Source of the DNA: Catajapyx aquilonaris | Lineage: Eukaryota | Assembly: GCA_000934665.2 (NCBI GenBank) | Contig: KZ538428.1 | Location: forward strand, 1 to 64,000 | Reading direction: 5' to 3' | Length of the DNA: 64,000 nt | Shown: positions 1 through 14,056 of the stretch, one piece after another | How positions within the stretch are numbered: position 1 is the first letter of the stretch | Layout of the letters: each line of letters starts with the position of its first letter | Notes under the pieces: generated by a model | Told to the model about the DNA's origin: nothing | Seen by the model: only the letters and a program-made list of their open reading frames with translations | The model's database searches: none | Position numbers and translations under genes: made by a program

Positions 1-159
1 TATTGATCTCTTAGCAACGACCTGCTTATAAACAAGCAGCTTGTTGATTTTTCCAATAACTGTTGGTGCCACAGAGTTGGATCACCCTGTATATACAAAT
101 TTTCCACTTGGAGGGGATGCCGAGTATACCTTGATACAGTGAATCTGGTATATAGCAGA

Positions 160-162
<3 letters not shown>

Positions 163-212
<50 letters not shown>
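163..212. repeat. (CT)n microsatellite; an (AG)n tract follows at ~373-402
   Basis: Direct reading. Explains the ERERER and SLSLSL ORFs in the track. Confidence 0.95.
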
Positions 213-215
<3 letters not shown>

Positions 216-368
216 CCACAAAATTTTTCCATACTGTATTTTTCCATTATGTGCATCAGAAATGCATTATCAATGGGATCCACCTGGAACTTTTATGACA
301 AACTATGCACTGTCTCCAACAGGCTATAAAAAGCTAACCCATTTGGGGGGGGGGGGGAGGGAAAGAGA

Positions 369-406
<38 letters not shown>

Positions 407-1011
407 ATAAGTACTACACTATAAAATTTTGCATTACCTAAAGAAATACAAAATGGCGATCCTGCATACAAATTATTGATCCCCCTGTTGAACTTATGAT
501 GCATAATGGTGAAAATAATTTTGTGTTAAATAACCATTTTGTCCCTGATCTGGTGTGCTCCATTTCATTTGTCAAAGTAAATTACTTCAACCCCTTCAAC
601 AACACATTACCTATATGTGCAGATGGTTAACTCAGAATTGTCATTCCACATTATGACACATGATTGCAAAACTTGTATAAAATTGTGAAATAAAATGGAA
701 AATTACCAAAAATTACATACTGACTAATTTGCAATGGAGCGTAAATATACGGGTGTTGGCACAAGTGGTGACTACTGAACTCCCATGAAGCAAATTTCAG
801 TGTGATCTATTGGAGCATCAAGTTCTACCTTGTCAGTCTACCAGGTCACAAAATTATCCTACTGTACTGCAAATGAATCTCTGAACTGACATCCCCTTCC
901 AGGCGACGTTATTCTCAATTATGGAGAAGGAAGTGTTTGGCAGGAAGTGTTCATGCGGGGATGCCAGGAATGGAATTCAAGGTGGAATGCAAGGTGTTTC
1001 CAGGTGTTATA

Positions 1012-1598
1012 CAGGGTGTTTCAGAGTCACTGGTCAAGCGCGCATGAGGGGATGGGGAAAAATTGTAGGTGGCAACAACCCCGGTCGGTTTTCTAAAACA
1101 ATTAGAAATACGGGAGTAATCAATATTATTTTATTACGGCGTGATGTCACATCCTTCCTGTTCGAATTGACTGGCGTGGACTGGCAGGTGCCGTGGATTG
1201 AACCTGGTTGAATGGCTATTTAGCCTTGCGGGTTGCACTGAAAGAGGTGCTCTCATGCTATACCGGTAGAGAACTGTACAAAGTAGTGTACTACTGTACA
1301 AAGTAGTGTACTACTGTACAGTAGTGTGTACAGTACCCTGGCTTGCCGGTGAGCGCGCCTTTTTCAGTGCAACCCGCAAGGCTAAAAAGCCGTTCAAGGT
1401 TCAACCAGGTTCAATCCACGGCACCTGCCAGTCCACGCCAGTCAATTCGAACAGGAAGGATGTGACGTCACGCAGTAATAAAATAATTGATTACTCCCAT
1501 ATTTCTAATTGTTTCATAAAACCGACCGGGGTTGTCGCCACCTACGATTTTTCCCCACCCCCTCCTGCGCGCTTGACAAGTGACTCTGATACACCCTG
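1012..1598. mobile_element. Tc1/mariner-type MITE with ~245-bp inverted arms
   Basis: TA|CAGGGTGTTTCAGAGTCAC ... GTGACTCTGATACACCCTG|TA; arms 1012-~1255 and ~1350-1598 are reverse complements; short tandem duplication in the centre. Confidence 0.9.
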
Positions 1599-2821
1599 TA
1601 CGGAAGTGGCAGTAGACAGTTTCACCAGCAGATTATTTCCTCCTCATTTTAAGATCCATTGAGGGTACAGCAGGGTAAATTTGCAAACAAATGCCAAGTT
1701 GCAGCAGTGACTACTATGGCCCCTTCCTTTACATCACGAAAATATATAACTTTTGAACATTTATGTCAATGGAAGAAAATTTCTTCACAACCAACTGACG
1801 CCTTACTATTTTCGATTCCATTCCAATAAAGATTACAGCACTATTCCACCTGCCTTAATGTAAATACTAGGGTCCAGTTGCCAAACTTTGGCAAAAAATT
1901 AGGCGAAAGTGGAGGGTGGAGGGGGGGGNNNNNNGGGGGGGGGGGGGGGGGGCGTGCACCGTGACATCAGACGGTGATGCGCCGAACTAAGGGAGTCGGC
2001 CGCACCCAGCCGATAACGCCACCCAGCTGGTAACAGCAGAAGTGGGAATTCCGTGGTCGGCCTCTTTTTTGAGTTTTTTGCAGTTTTTCCTTCTTGGGAG
2101 CTTTACAAAGTTCCTCGGCACTGTATCCAAAAAACAAAAGTTTATTGCAAATCTAGAAAACGCGCGCTAAATTTTGAGACCACTCCCAATGTATGGCGAG
2201 GGAGGAGTTGCCCTCGTAGTAGGGTATTAATAATATACATTACAATAGCCTGACGGCAGCAGTACCTGCCGGAATTGTGCATTATTTTCCTTGCAGAATG
2301 AATCCATAGTAATATTTTTGCAACCCTTACAAAGTCAAGATTTCACAATAAAGGCAGACTATGGACAATACCTAACAGGTCACTGGGAACTATGTACTAA
2401 CAACTGGTTTTGTAGTATGAAATTCGCCATTAAAAGCATTAAAATGCATTGGCAACTTCCTAACATGTGTACTGCACCGAAATTAAGCACATCAAAAACA
2501 AATGACCATTGCAAATAGGCATCCCTACTATCTAAATTGTCTGCATATCATTGACTTAACCATGCAATGTCTATGGGCCAAATCTTGCAGTCACTCAATC
2601 AGCCAGTCCCATTCTGAGTGACAGTCAGCTACCATTAACAATTGTGTCCTCATATAAACTTAGATTAACTACAGCTAATTTAAAATGTCTATTCCGGTCA
2701 TATCTGTTCTCAAGGGCAAATTTTAGCAGGCCCGCAGCATCCATCACGTTAGGCATGCATATTCTATTTTGCTAACCTAGAATAGATAATGCCAAATCTA
2801 CCATACCCACTGCTCTTACTA

Positions 2822-3103
<282 letters not shown>

Positions 3104-3380
3104 TTAGTTTTCTTCAAAGACAAGTATGTAGGGGAGATTGTAACAAGGTACGGTTGTAACATCGCCAATATAAAATACGTTTCGAATTCCCTGAATCTGA
3201 AACTCACACAGTACGTGTGCCAAAATGGCCTCTAAGCCACGCCAAACTTTGGCTACTCCTTTTTTGTTTTATTCTTCTTTTATATGCAAAAAACCAAAAT
3301 CAAGGTGTGTTCCCAACTTTTTTGGGTGGCAGTAATCAAGTGATTATGTGGAGGGTAGAGGTGCCATTCTGGTATCACGA

Positions 3381-3671
3381 GTACCCTGCCGGTGTAGCAT
3401 GAGAGCGCCTTTTTCAGTGCAACCAGCAAGGCTAAAAACCCGTTCAACCAGCTTCAAACACGGTCAAACCACTGTACTCTTGCCTTGCATTTGCCGTGCC
3501 CGCCAGGCTCAATTCAAACAGAAAGTACGTGACGTCACGCAATACGGCCGTAATAAATAAATAGATTACTGCCGTATTTCTAATTGTTTTATAAAACCGA
3601 CTGGGGTAGTTGCCACCTACGATTTTTCCCCACCCCCTCAAGCGCTTGACTCGTGACTCTGATACACCCTG
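3381..3671. mobile_element. Single arm of the 1012-1598 MITE family
   Basis: Ends GTGACTCTGATACACCCTG|TA and aligns by eye to the 1350-1598 arm; the other arm is absent. Confidence 0.85.
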
Positions 3672-3967
3672 TATAACACCTATACAAGCCTATATAATTA
3701 TAGTGTTGAAATCCTTGAAATTTGTCTGGTTTATTTTTGCCAAATAGTGTTATCAGAAAACTGTCACTTTTTCTAAGGCCCCTGTAGCAAAAAATCATTC
3801 AGAAGCCCCATTATTTTGTGCCAGATCAATCAGGATCAACCAAAAAATCAATAAAGAACTTGTGGCACAGCATAATTATGTACCACTCATCCAGCTAATG
3901 TTAAAGAGAGAGGAGTAACTCCATACACTGTCACAATTTTGTTTTAAGAATCCCAAAGGTGTCGTAC

Positions 3968-4177
3968 CTCTTGACCAGAGATATCATCCCACGACACTCC
4001 AGGACTGGATTCCAGGATCTCATCCATGATGAGCTGAGCAAATTGAGGTTCCACGCCTTTGAGAGCCATCTTCTTTGGTGAAAGGGCCCGCGGCTGTGAA
4101 GAAGAGAGGGCACTGGAACCCATACCTCCACTTCCCATCATGCTAGGTGACTTTCTGACTGGTGAACTGCTTGGCCC
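3968..4177 (-). CDS. SPAST: Spastin coding exon 5
   Basis: ctactcag|GGG ... GAG|gtacga; 210 nt; GPSSSPVRK...LKGVEPQFAQLIMDEILESSPGVSWDDISGQE, the pre-AAA helix of spastin. Confidence 0.93.
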
Positions 4178-4313
4178 CTGAGTAGCACAAAATGTTAAGT
4201 GCCTGTTAAAGATTAGCTGGCAGAAGCTACCTCATTACTAGCCTTGCATGCTATCACACACCCCATAATGATTATTTGTCAGAACAGGTTAGTAGGGTTA
4301 TCTCCATGCTCAC

Positions 4314-4453
4314 CGACAACTGTCGTCTTACAGGTGGTGGGGTGGACGTGGCCTTTCCCTTTGACACCAAATGACTTCTGGAACCCATGTTCCTAGGCAG
4401 CGTCTGACTCTTGCTCATTGTAGCTGGCATAGCCCTTGGCACCAGCTTTTTAC
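4314..4453 (-). CDS. SPAST: Spastin coding exon 4 (microtubule-binding region)
   Basis: cttcag|GT ... TCG|gtgagc; SKSQTLPRNMG and TPPPVRRQLS motifs as in arthropod spastins. An alternative in-phase acceptor at 4459 is possible. Confidence 0.88.
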
Positions 4454-5263
4454 CTGAAGCTTGAAGAAAAGACAATGGAATTAGACATGAAGGAAATCAA
4501 ATGCCTTCAAACATACCGAAGCTACCCTTTAACTGATTCAAGGGCAAGAACAAGTCCAACAGCACTGCTCCATCTTCTTTCTTAAGAGTCATGGGAAGCG
4601 GTGCAATCGTGGAAATGCAAATTGGCATCCAAAGTCACATTACATGAATTCAGATGGTTAAAAATAAGAATCAAAATTTTGGAAAAATCATTCTGAACGT
4701 GATTGTTTTGACTGAACAAATCATGTAGAGAAGCACACTCAAGTTCATGCAAAAATCAAATGTTAGTATCATGCAGCAACATGCTAAATCAAGGTGCATA
4801 TGCTTGTAGGAACACATAAATTATATCTGGTTTAATGTTTCACTTTTAGTCCAAATACCTCTCTTGCTGTTCCTCAACCCAGTAACTCAAATGTAGGCAG
4901 GCAAAACTCACTAACAATTAGTGCCAATTGAAGCAATGAACATGACCTGCTTAGAGATATGTAATTCAATTTTAACATGATGATAATCGCTGGAATAATA
5001 ATAATGTGCTGGAAACAACATGAACATTGGTCATTCCTCAGATTAGCCCTTGGTATCTCAGGTATTATTCAAACTTTTTAAAGTGGAAGCACTTGACCCT
5101 ACACAAAAAGGCCTATGACCATTCACCTGAAAAAAAATTTCAACAGAGTTAGGAGGGAGGGTAGAATATTATCTGTCAAGATGCTGCAGTCTCCAAAAAG
5201 TAAAAATATCACCAATAATATCAATCATAGAGAGCTACAGAAGAGCTCAGATTAAATTGTTAA

Positions 5264-5764
5264 CCCTCGGACGGTGACGTGGGCACTTTTTGTGACCAAC
5301 GACCCTTTTTTTGCTATAACTTGGCAAATCTAGGACATTCGAGATTCATCTTTGAGAACATTTTCGTTTGACTAATTCTGTGATGAATGACGTTTAGTTT
5401 AAATTTTTTGAGCAAATAGCACGACCAGGAAAAAATAAATTAGGCGGCAATGCGTAGATGGGGCCTAACCAAGATCCGGAAGGGCGGCTCCCGGTGGCAT
5501 CCCAGGCCGCCAAGGGGTGGAATCCCCCTACCCCCGGGAGTTGGCCCCGACTGATTTTCAATCCAAATTTTTTTCTGATCGCAGTATTTTCTCGAAAAAT
5601 GTAAACTAAACGCTATTTGTCGTAGAAGGAATCACACTATGATTGTCACAAAAGTGAAGCCCAAATGTGCTATATTTCGCCAGATATAACAAAAAATATG
5701 GCTTGGTCACAAAAAGTGCCCAAGTCACCGGAGAGCGAACATTTCGCACGTCACCGTCTGAGGG
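5264..5764. mobile_element. piggyBac-type MITE
   Basis: TTAA|CCCTCGGACGGTGACGTG ... CACGTCACCGTCTGAGGG|TTAA, plus a subterminal inverted repeat GGGCACTTTTTGTGACCAA. Confidence 0.9.
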
Positions 5765-6721
5765 TTAAAAGAACAAGGAAGAAAGGTAGATCATCAAAAA
5801 TTGTTGGGGAAAATTTAGACATTTCCCAGAAAAGTATAAAACTGAAAATAAATGTTCTCAAATATTATAATCCAATTTATATCCTGGTTTTCCCAAGAGT
5901 GTTGTGTTGTTTTCCGTGCTCACTATCCCAGTGAAATATCTATCAACATATCATTGTAGGAAAAAAAGAAACTAACATCCAAACAAACTGAAATATGAAT
6001 CACCACACTGCCAACAAGTTCAACTTGTTTATTGGTGCCAGAAACATACGTTTACTAAGGCAGAGCTGAGCAGCACCAGAGGAGTGCACCTTCAGCTTTC
6101 ATAATTTTTTTCCCACCCACATAAAAATTTCAATTGGATAGTGTACACAGAAAGCAATACTCTCTGGGTTGGAAAAAACCCAGTGAAAATAGTAGTTGGA
6201 GGACTTGAGAAAACTTATTTTAAATTTTCCAAATTTCCTAAAAATGTGCAAATTTGCCAAAGTAAAAATTTTGATGGTCTACCTCTCACCCTTGCACACA
6301 GTTCTCCCTAGTGCTTAACTCTTATGAAGAGAGACATCATCCCTCTCAGATACTGTGCAGGGTCTTTATAGAAAGTTCCATTCTCACAAATAATCCACAA
6401 AGAAATTGTTTCATACAAACTGCTCCAGGCACATTTGTTTAGGGTGCAGTTCTTCCGATAGAAAATGTTCAAATGATATGCCAGACACCAAGGGTTCATT
6501 ACACTCCATTAGTATGAACTGTGGTGGAATGACACACATGTGCTCTCTAAATTGGTACAAGAAAAAATGTCACTAACTAACAGCTAATGCATTTTCCAGT
6601 CATCATACAAGGAGCTTTCTATACCTCTGCTCCCTAAGAAAAGGTCCTACATTTCCAGGGAAGGTAACTAGCCGGGCAGGGAGGGCACTAGTAAATCCCG
6701 GAGAGGTCAAGTAAAAAGTAC

Positions 6722-6964
6722 CTTCCGTGGCCTTGCTATGGACATTGAGTCTTTGTTGGCCAGGTTTGGAAGCCCCCGGATAACAACCATTAACGTAAGG
6801 AAGCGCATGCCGCTGTGACTGAGGCTGGGCTGGGAAATCAAGTTTGGGTCGTTGTGCAGGTGTTGCTAAGGCAGCAGCAGTCTTCGTCCTACCCACGCTT
6901 CCCCTTCGGCCACTCGGTGCACTTTCTGTGTCCACAGCTAACTGTTGGAGGTGGACGAGACTGA
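6722..6964 (-). CDS. SPAST: Spastin coding exon 3 (low-complexity linker)
   Basis: gtcttgtag|TC ... GAA G|gtactt; 243 nt; phase 1-1, joining exons 2 and 4 in frame (VSLVHLQQLAVD...HSKATE). Poorly conserved region, so the donor is less certain. Confidence 0.72.
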
Positions 6965-7735
6965 CTACAAGACAAAAAATTAAAATAATGAACCAAAAAT
7001 AACAACATGCTGTGGCTTGCACACTCCATCAAAGGTCGCTTGCTCAAAACCAAGTGTGCACACAAAATGGTGGGAAAAAACATCAACAACCTGGAATCTC
7101 TTGAATGAACGGGGGTTCATGTCATTATTCTAGTCTTAATTCCTAAGGTCACCAGGTCCATGAATCCGATCAATGACATATCCTAATGAAAATACATCTT
7201 TCAATAGCTGTATCAAGGACCATCAGATTTCACCAACAGACAAATGAATTTCAAATGTAAAGTAATTTACATGTTGCTTTGGAGGGCACAGATCCAAGAG
7301 CATGAGACGATGTTGATATAAACACAGGAAAATAGAATATGTTCCTTGAATCAAACTTACAAATTTCTCGTGTGAATTTTCTAGTCAACAAAATAATGAT
7401 CAATAACAGCTATGTGCCAGTTTGTTGGTGCTGCATCAACACCAAGATAATCAACTACACTCAGGAAGTACAAAACTGATTTCCTGGATCCTAAGCCTGC
7501 CATGAGTGATTTTATCACAACATGATAAACACAGCATAAGGTAAAATGATTTTCCAATGACCAAAAATTCCACTTAGAAGTTCATCAGATAAGCTAAGGA
7601 AATCCCAGCATAAATACTGAGATATGACGATTCTGAGTCTCATTTTTGTTAAATTCAACTATAGTACATCATAAACCACTTCTTGGTTACAATGATTTTA
7701 AAAAAATCTACAAGAAGATTGGGACTACATGAATA

Positions 7736-7912
7736 CAGCTCTGCAGTCCCAAGGTAAAACACCCTAACTTGAAAACTAGTAAGGGTGAAGGTCGCATGCA
7801 TGCCCTGCGCTAATCCCCTCTGAGTCAGGGGGGATTAGTGCAGGGCGTGCATGCGACTTTCACCCTTACTTGTTTTCAAGTTAGGGTGTTTTACCTTGGG
7901 ACGGCAGAGCTG
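7736..7912. mobile_element. Fully palindromic MITE (TA-flanked hairpin)
   Basis: TA|CAGCTCTGC ... GCAGAGCTG|TA; ~88-bp arms meeting at CTGAGTCAG. Confidence 0.88.
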
Positions 7913-7947
7913 TAGTATGGTTCCCAAACATAGGGCATCATGCTCTC

Positions 7948-8033
7948 ATTGAAAGGTCACACATATTTCAAAGGAATAATTATTGCAATAATTGAAAGGT
8001 CACACATATTTCAAAGGAATAATTATTGCAATA
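7948..8033. repeat. Perfect 43-bp tandem duplication
   Basis: ATTGAAAGGTCACACATATTTCAAAGGAATAATTATTGCAATA x2. Confidence 0.95.
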
Positions 8034-9145
8034 ATAATTTTTAAGAGAACATCTTGTCAGATTCCTTGATCCCTAACACATCTTATTTTTTTTAAAAGGG
8101 CAGTCACCTGACAAGTTACTCATATAGCTCATTCTTGATTTAATGTTAATTATCTCGGCAACTAGCCTGCGGAGACCAATGATGCCTATCCTTAAAATGA
8201 TCACCTAGAACCCTTCTACCATCCCCCAAAGCGAAAACATGTTAAATTTCCGCATCTTGTATGTTGTATTGAATAACAATTTTGCACTAAATGCAAAACG
8301 TATTTCATTGGTTGAAGTTCTTACATAACCTCTCAAAGGTTCTCATGTATAAGGTTATTAGTGAAAGAAAACTGAAGCAAACTGACTTAGGTTCTTCAAA
8401 AAAAGAAAAATCCTACAACTCAACATGTCCTCAGTATGACAGTGTATTGCAAGAACGTTCCACTACTCTTATCACATTTGATACATACAAGAAGGCCAGG
8501 AAGCATAAAATGTAAAATTACACAAAATCCTAGACATACCGATATATTAATCAAATATAAAATATGCACACTTTATATTTCTGAATTCGAGTCTTTTCAC
8601 AGTAGATTCTCCATTATGGCTGCCATTGAATTTTAATTGGAATGACCTTTATTTCACCAGTTTCCCTGATCATAAAAACACATCAGGTCACAATCAAGTC
8701 TATGTACTAACAATTTGGTAGCCAATGCACATTATTAACAGCTACTGGCTGATTAGAACTAATAATATGCTCAAACTGCTTCCTCCTGCCACACATTAAT
8801 ACATTACCATCATTGAACATAAATTACACTTAAAATAATTACACGCATGGCAATACCTAATGAAACACTCTCTGACATATCATGCAAACCAGAACAATAA
8901 CAAAGTTTGGTCATGTAAACAGTTATTTCACAGGCACATTCTGCCTGCATATTAATCCATATTACAAATCCCATTTTCGCAAGATTCACTTAAATTTAAT
9001 TAATTGGCAATCAAAATTTTAAATGTGGTATTGACACCTGAGCTTTTATAAATATTGTTCCTTGAAATATTTTCCATGCTCGATAGCATTTGATATTCAC
9101 ACGTAGGGCATTATATGGTAATCAGAATAGGCCAACAGTCATGTA

Positions 9146-10486
9146 TATGTCGTGCGAAAGTAGTATCAGTACTGGAGGCTCATGATTGGCAGTCAGCCAA
9201 AATCTTCCCTCCCGGAGAGACAGGGTGAGCTGGCTACACCGCCCTGGCCACGTCATAGCAGGAGGGCAGGGACGCGCAAAATTCAAACAGCCCAGGTGAC
9301 TCCGCGCTTAGGTAGAGGACACAAATTTGGAAATTGGAGACGAGAGAGGGGGTGAGGGGTCCGGGGCGTGGCTGGGGTTCAAGGAGTGAAATTAGAGATG
9401 GGACCACAGTCATCCTGCATGTGAAATTAACTGAAAAACTTGCGTCATGTCGCATTAACAGTAGCAGAGAAAACTGCATGCGATTACGCATGTCATCAAA
9501 GACATCATGAACATAGGTCGCCCACACTCAAACAATCACTTCAGTTGTCCAATCCCCCAGTGAGAAGGTATAGTCTCATGCAAAGAGGACGGTGCATGGA
9601 CCAAGGAACAATATATTATAGACTGCGAGAGGGTGGCCATCGACAGGCAAGTGAGATAAAGCTCCCCCTTGGTCGTCACTGTAGTGGAAGAAAAAGTCTC
9701 TGTTGAAGAGGGGATCACGTACTTTGTCGTTAAGGGAACAGCTGGGTGTTGGTGATACAGTTCTGTAAAGCAATGAGTGATTGAAGCAGTCCTTTTGTTG
9801 TAATGCTTCCAATTGATTATTCATTAGTGTCATGTTGGTGCTGGTATAGTGAAACTGATAGTTTTCGGGTGCTGCATGATTTCTTGAGGTTGGGTGCCAA
9901 TGTGGTGTGGATATGTTCATGCATTGTCGGTTTTTTCATACGTGCAAACGTGCATGTGCTTTTGTGAACACAAGATTGTCGGCCAAGTGACGCCTCCTGC
10001 AGGCTGGCCATAAAGTGTTTCACCACTTAAATGCAGGAATTTAATTAAATCACAATACATCATCATATCATGACGACAACTGAAGTGATTGTTTGAGAGT
10101 GGGTGGCCTATGCTCATGATGTCTTTGATGACATGAGTAATCGCATGCAGTTTTCTCTGCAACTGTTAATGCGACATGACGCGAGTTTTTCAGTTAATTT
10201 CACTTGCGGGATGACTGTGGTCCCATCTCTAATTTCACTCCTTGAACCCCAGCCACGCCCCGGACCCCTCACCCCCTCTCTCGTCTCCAATTTCCAAATT
10301 TGTGTCCTCTACCTAAGCGCGAAGTTGCCTGGGCTGTTTGAATTTTGCACTTCCCTGCCCTCCTGCTGTGACGTGGCCAGGGCGGTGTAGCCAGCTCACC
10401 CTGTCTCTCCGGGAGGGAAGATTTTGGCCGGCTGCCAATCATGCGCCGCCAGTACTTTCGCACCAACACTACTTTCACACGACATG
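9146..10486. mobile_element. Mariner-derived fold-back element, ~400-bp arms
   Basis: TA-flanked; 9146-~9547 is the reverse complement of ~10077-10486; minus-strand interior reads like a decayed transposase N-terminus (DLIKFLHLSG..LQEASLG..CVHKST). Confidence 0.85.
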
Positions 10487-11001
10487 TACACCTTTGGGGA
10501 CAAAGTGTATCTAAAAATTCTGAAAATTATCATTGTTCGTTTCGTCATATAAAATAATTGCATTCCTCATCTAATCCGATAAATACATGCAACCTCTGGC
10601 ATAAAACTTGAATACTGTAAGAGCACAACAGCCACCAGAATGTTAAACCTGAGGCACTAAGACTGATGCTGCAGTGACATCAAGAGAGCAAGCATGACAC
10701 TTTTCATATGCCACGTGGGACAAAGCTGATGAACAGTGATCAGAAACAATACATACCAGCCCAAGATTTGCCATGTCATGAATTTGCCTGCAATCCATGA
10801 AAGTAACAAAATGTGCATGATCACTTTCCCCTCGAGTGGTTCACCATTCCACTCTATGGTAGTACATCCTTCCTTAAATTTCTGTTATGCCTTGCAACTA
10901 ATGCCAGCTGCACCAGTGCAGGTACAACACATCAGGGGTTTATCCTGATTGTCTATTGTTTCTAAACAATTTATAATGAGAATAAATTCACAATAAATCA
11001 C

Positions 11002-11047
<46 letters not shown>

Positions 11048-11400
11048 GGTTACCTACGATAGTCCTGCAGCTTTTAAGCATTTAAGGGGTCCTCTTTTAA
11101 CCTTCTCAAAACTTCCATAATTCAATTATTCGGGGCACTTTCATGAATTTATTATGGGAGGAATTAAGACAGCTCTGAAAAAAGCCATGCAAGCACAGAG
11201 AGAACCCATAGGAATTCATTCCAAATAGGATCTCACAGCACTCCCAGGCTGTAGCACTAACCAGTACATCACCATGCCATATATCTGTAGTGGTGAAACA
11301 AGCCCTAAAGCATGTTTTATCATCATGGTCATAACCCATAAGTTAAGCCTTAGTCAACCTAAAGCATCGTCTATGCTTGATATTCCTGAACACTTAATAT
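11002..11400 (-). mobile_element. Old 5'-truncated LINE 3' remnant with (AAT)n tail
   Basis: (ATT)n at 11002-11047; adjacent minus-strand reading LMGYDHDDKTCFRAC...CCEILFG resembles a decayed C-terminal zinc-knuckle region. The 5' boundary is approximate. Confidence 0.45.
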
Positions 11401-12085
11401 AGTTTTGATTTCTGCTATGAAGTAATCAGGCCAAATCTTGGCTGGACATTTTCCAGGACAATGCTTGACACATCTGAGATCATTCAGAAACATGCTATGC
11501 CTTTAATGCATTTATAAATTGAAGCAATAATAAAATAACATACACATCCAACACATTGCAACTGTTAAGTAAAAAAACCACCAAGAAAATTCTCAAATTT
11601 TACTCAAATTGCTTATGCTACTGCCTCCATTAGTTCTAAACAGATGTATATTTTTGCCTAAATTGAAGCACATGTTAGCCCATAATAAAATGGTGTAGCC
11701 TAATATTTAATTTACCTGCTGTCATTTCCAGTTTCCAGAAACAAGAGCTAAAAATACTAATCTAAATGTTTAGAAGTCATTTGCAGTATATGCTGTTATG
11801 ATCACATTTTGAACATGACTCCAGCATGTAAAGCTTGGATTATATGGTGCATTTTCACAACACTAAAATCCTACTGTAGAATTTATTACAAAACTATGTA
11901 ATCTTGCTTTACCTCTCTTGGCTTTCTCTTGAAATGCTAGATTCTCAAATTTCAACTACCAGTAATGTTACACACAGTATGAAGTGTGTTGCAAGTATTT
12001 GGGTCCTTTAAGTTACCACATATTTCCCCTGAAGTTGTTTTTTTGCACGTAGCCATTTGCATTCACATCGAGGTGCCTTATTATA

Positions 12086-12532
12086 CAGGGTGAAGGGAAA
12101 CTCACATACAATTGCCAGGTAGACTGATAGTACTCGCAAAACGAATATAGGGATGTGCAATTAGTTTTGGGCGCTGTTGCATAGTTAAAGTGTACTGAAA
12201 CTTTAAAGTGTAGAGGGCCAGATGGTGAAATATGAGGTAAATATGACAAAGTGCACGGGTGTCGTACCCGGATTCTTACTCTGACGGGATTTGATCACCT
12301 ATTGCACATGGAAGATGTGTTATGAACCCAAGGCCAGATTGTTCGGAGGCCCTCGAGCTGACTCTTGCTTCTTTGAAGTTGGCAGAACGGATGTGACATC
12401 ATGAAACTTTGACGCCGCCGTATGCATTAACTATGCAATGGCGCCCAAAACTAATAATTGCACATCCCTATTTCAGTTTTACGAGTACTATCAGTCTACC
12501 TGGCGATTGTCCAACAGTTTCCCTTCACCCTG
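12086..12532. mobile_element. Tc1/mariner-type MITE
   Basis: TA|CAGGGTGAAGGGAAACT ... AGTTTCCCTTCACCCTG; ~105-bp arms. Confidence 0.85.
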
Positions 12533-13532
12533 AATAGGAGTGGATATGTTAGACCACCCCTGGGAATAATTGGGCACCTTGATTGGGGTGCACAAAGCTA
12601 TACAAAAATAACCTATTCAGGCAAAACTTGAATTAACTAATAGAGCCCTGATACTGGGAGCACACTGTATATCGTGGGCATACAGGAGAACTCCACAAGT
12701 CCAAAAAACCATTTTTGAGATAATCCATGGAAAATGGGTAGGGAATATGGAAAATCCCGGCTTGCTGGCTCATTATGAATATTTAGGATTAAATTAACTT
12801 CACCAGACAACATTTGGAGGGGGGGGAGGGGGGGGGTGTACTCGTACTTATCAATTGGACTTGGTGGATTTCTCCTGCATGCCAGCAATATGTAAACCAT
12901 TCTTAAAGCACAAAATCAGATCAACTTATTCCCACAATGGCATTAAGCACTGGTGCATAGTGATTGTGTGATATGATATTACAGGCACTTGAGTACTGTT
13001 AGTTTATGAAGAAGAAGGCACAAGGCATTCAAGATTTCTTAAAAAACTGCCAATTACTAATGGGTAGCACACTATAAAATTCATGCTTTCATGCACACTA
13101 GGATCATCAACAGCACATGCAATAAAGATTGATGATGGTGTAAAAAAAAATTCTGCATATTACTGACATACAGCAATATAGGAACCTTTATTGTGTAAGG
13201 GAATAGTTACTCATTTGCAACACTGCAGTAACACAGGATGTTAACAAATCAGACAGGGAATTTGAAGGACCCACTTTTTTTGCTTCAGGTATTTTTTCAG
13301 GTATTCTTTGGTGAAAAAAGTGTAAAATAGCATGAATGGATCAAGGAAGAGCTAGAATTGGAATAGCATAACAACCATCTGATATAAAGGAGTAAAAATA
13401 TTGCGAATTAGCAATGATATCTAGCCCCAAAAGGCCACATGACAAGGCTAGACAGGTAAAAGAAAATTTATTTTAATGGATGATCAGGTCCATGGTTTTA
13501 GAATACTCAGGTTAGGTCACTCCCACCTACCG

Positions 13533-13822
13533 CCTGCCGGGGCGTTTTGCATGTGGTGCTCACCTGAGAGCGCCATGAGACATTTCGGTGCTGGATCATG
13601 TGGCGACCCTACCAGACTACGCTGAACTTTATAGGTACAAAAGGGAAGCGCTCCATTGGGGGATCCAACATGGTCACCGGCGGCCATGTTCGGCCCGCAT
13701 GTAGCGCTTCCCTTTTGTACCTATAAAGTTCAGCGTAGTCCGGTAGGGTCGCCACATGATCTAGCACCGAAATGTCTCATGGCGCTCTCAGGTGAGCACC
13801 ACATGCAAAACGCCCTGGCAGG
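13533..13822. mobile_element. Near-perfect GC-rich hairpin element, unclassified
   Basis: Arms 13533-~13651 and ~13704-13822 differ at only about three positions. Confidence 0.85.
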
Positions 13823-14056
13823 TGATAAGGTCAGACTGTCCGTGGGCTGATCAGGTCTATGTTTTAGTTCATCTTGCTTACGGATATCGACATTAATGAA
13901 ACTAGTAACAGCGCCCATTGTAATGCCCCACACTACAGTGTGTAGAAAGTATTGTGATATTGTTGATTTCATTAAAATTTAATGAAATCAACAACATTTA
14001 ATGACCTTTAAAACAAACATGCATCTCTAAAACGCGGGCTTCAACTACCACTGGTA

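Noticed and set aside
26..441. ORFs with ERERER / SLSLSL runs
   Set aside because: Translations of (CT)n/(AG)n microsatellites.
1921..1952. Long G runs with Ns (also ~22172, 34991, 35603, 51327, 60803-60820) as G-quadruplex elements
   Set aside because: All coincide with assembly gaps at homopolymers, so lengths are unreliable.
10722..10750. CTGATGA...GAAA hammerhead-like core
   Set aside because: The intervening bases cannot form helix II and flanking helices are absent.
11892..11955. Possible extra spastin micro-exon (LKFENLAFQEKAKR, good donor)
   Set aside because: The acceptor phase does not match exon 2; the in-phase reading hits a stop.
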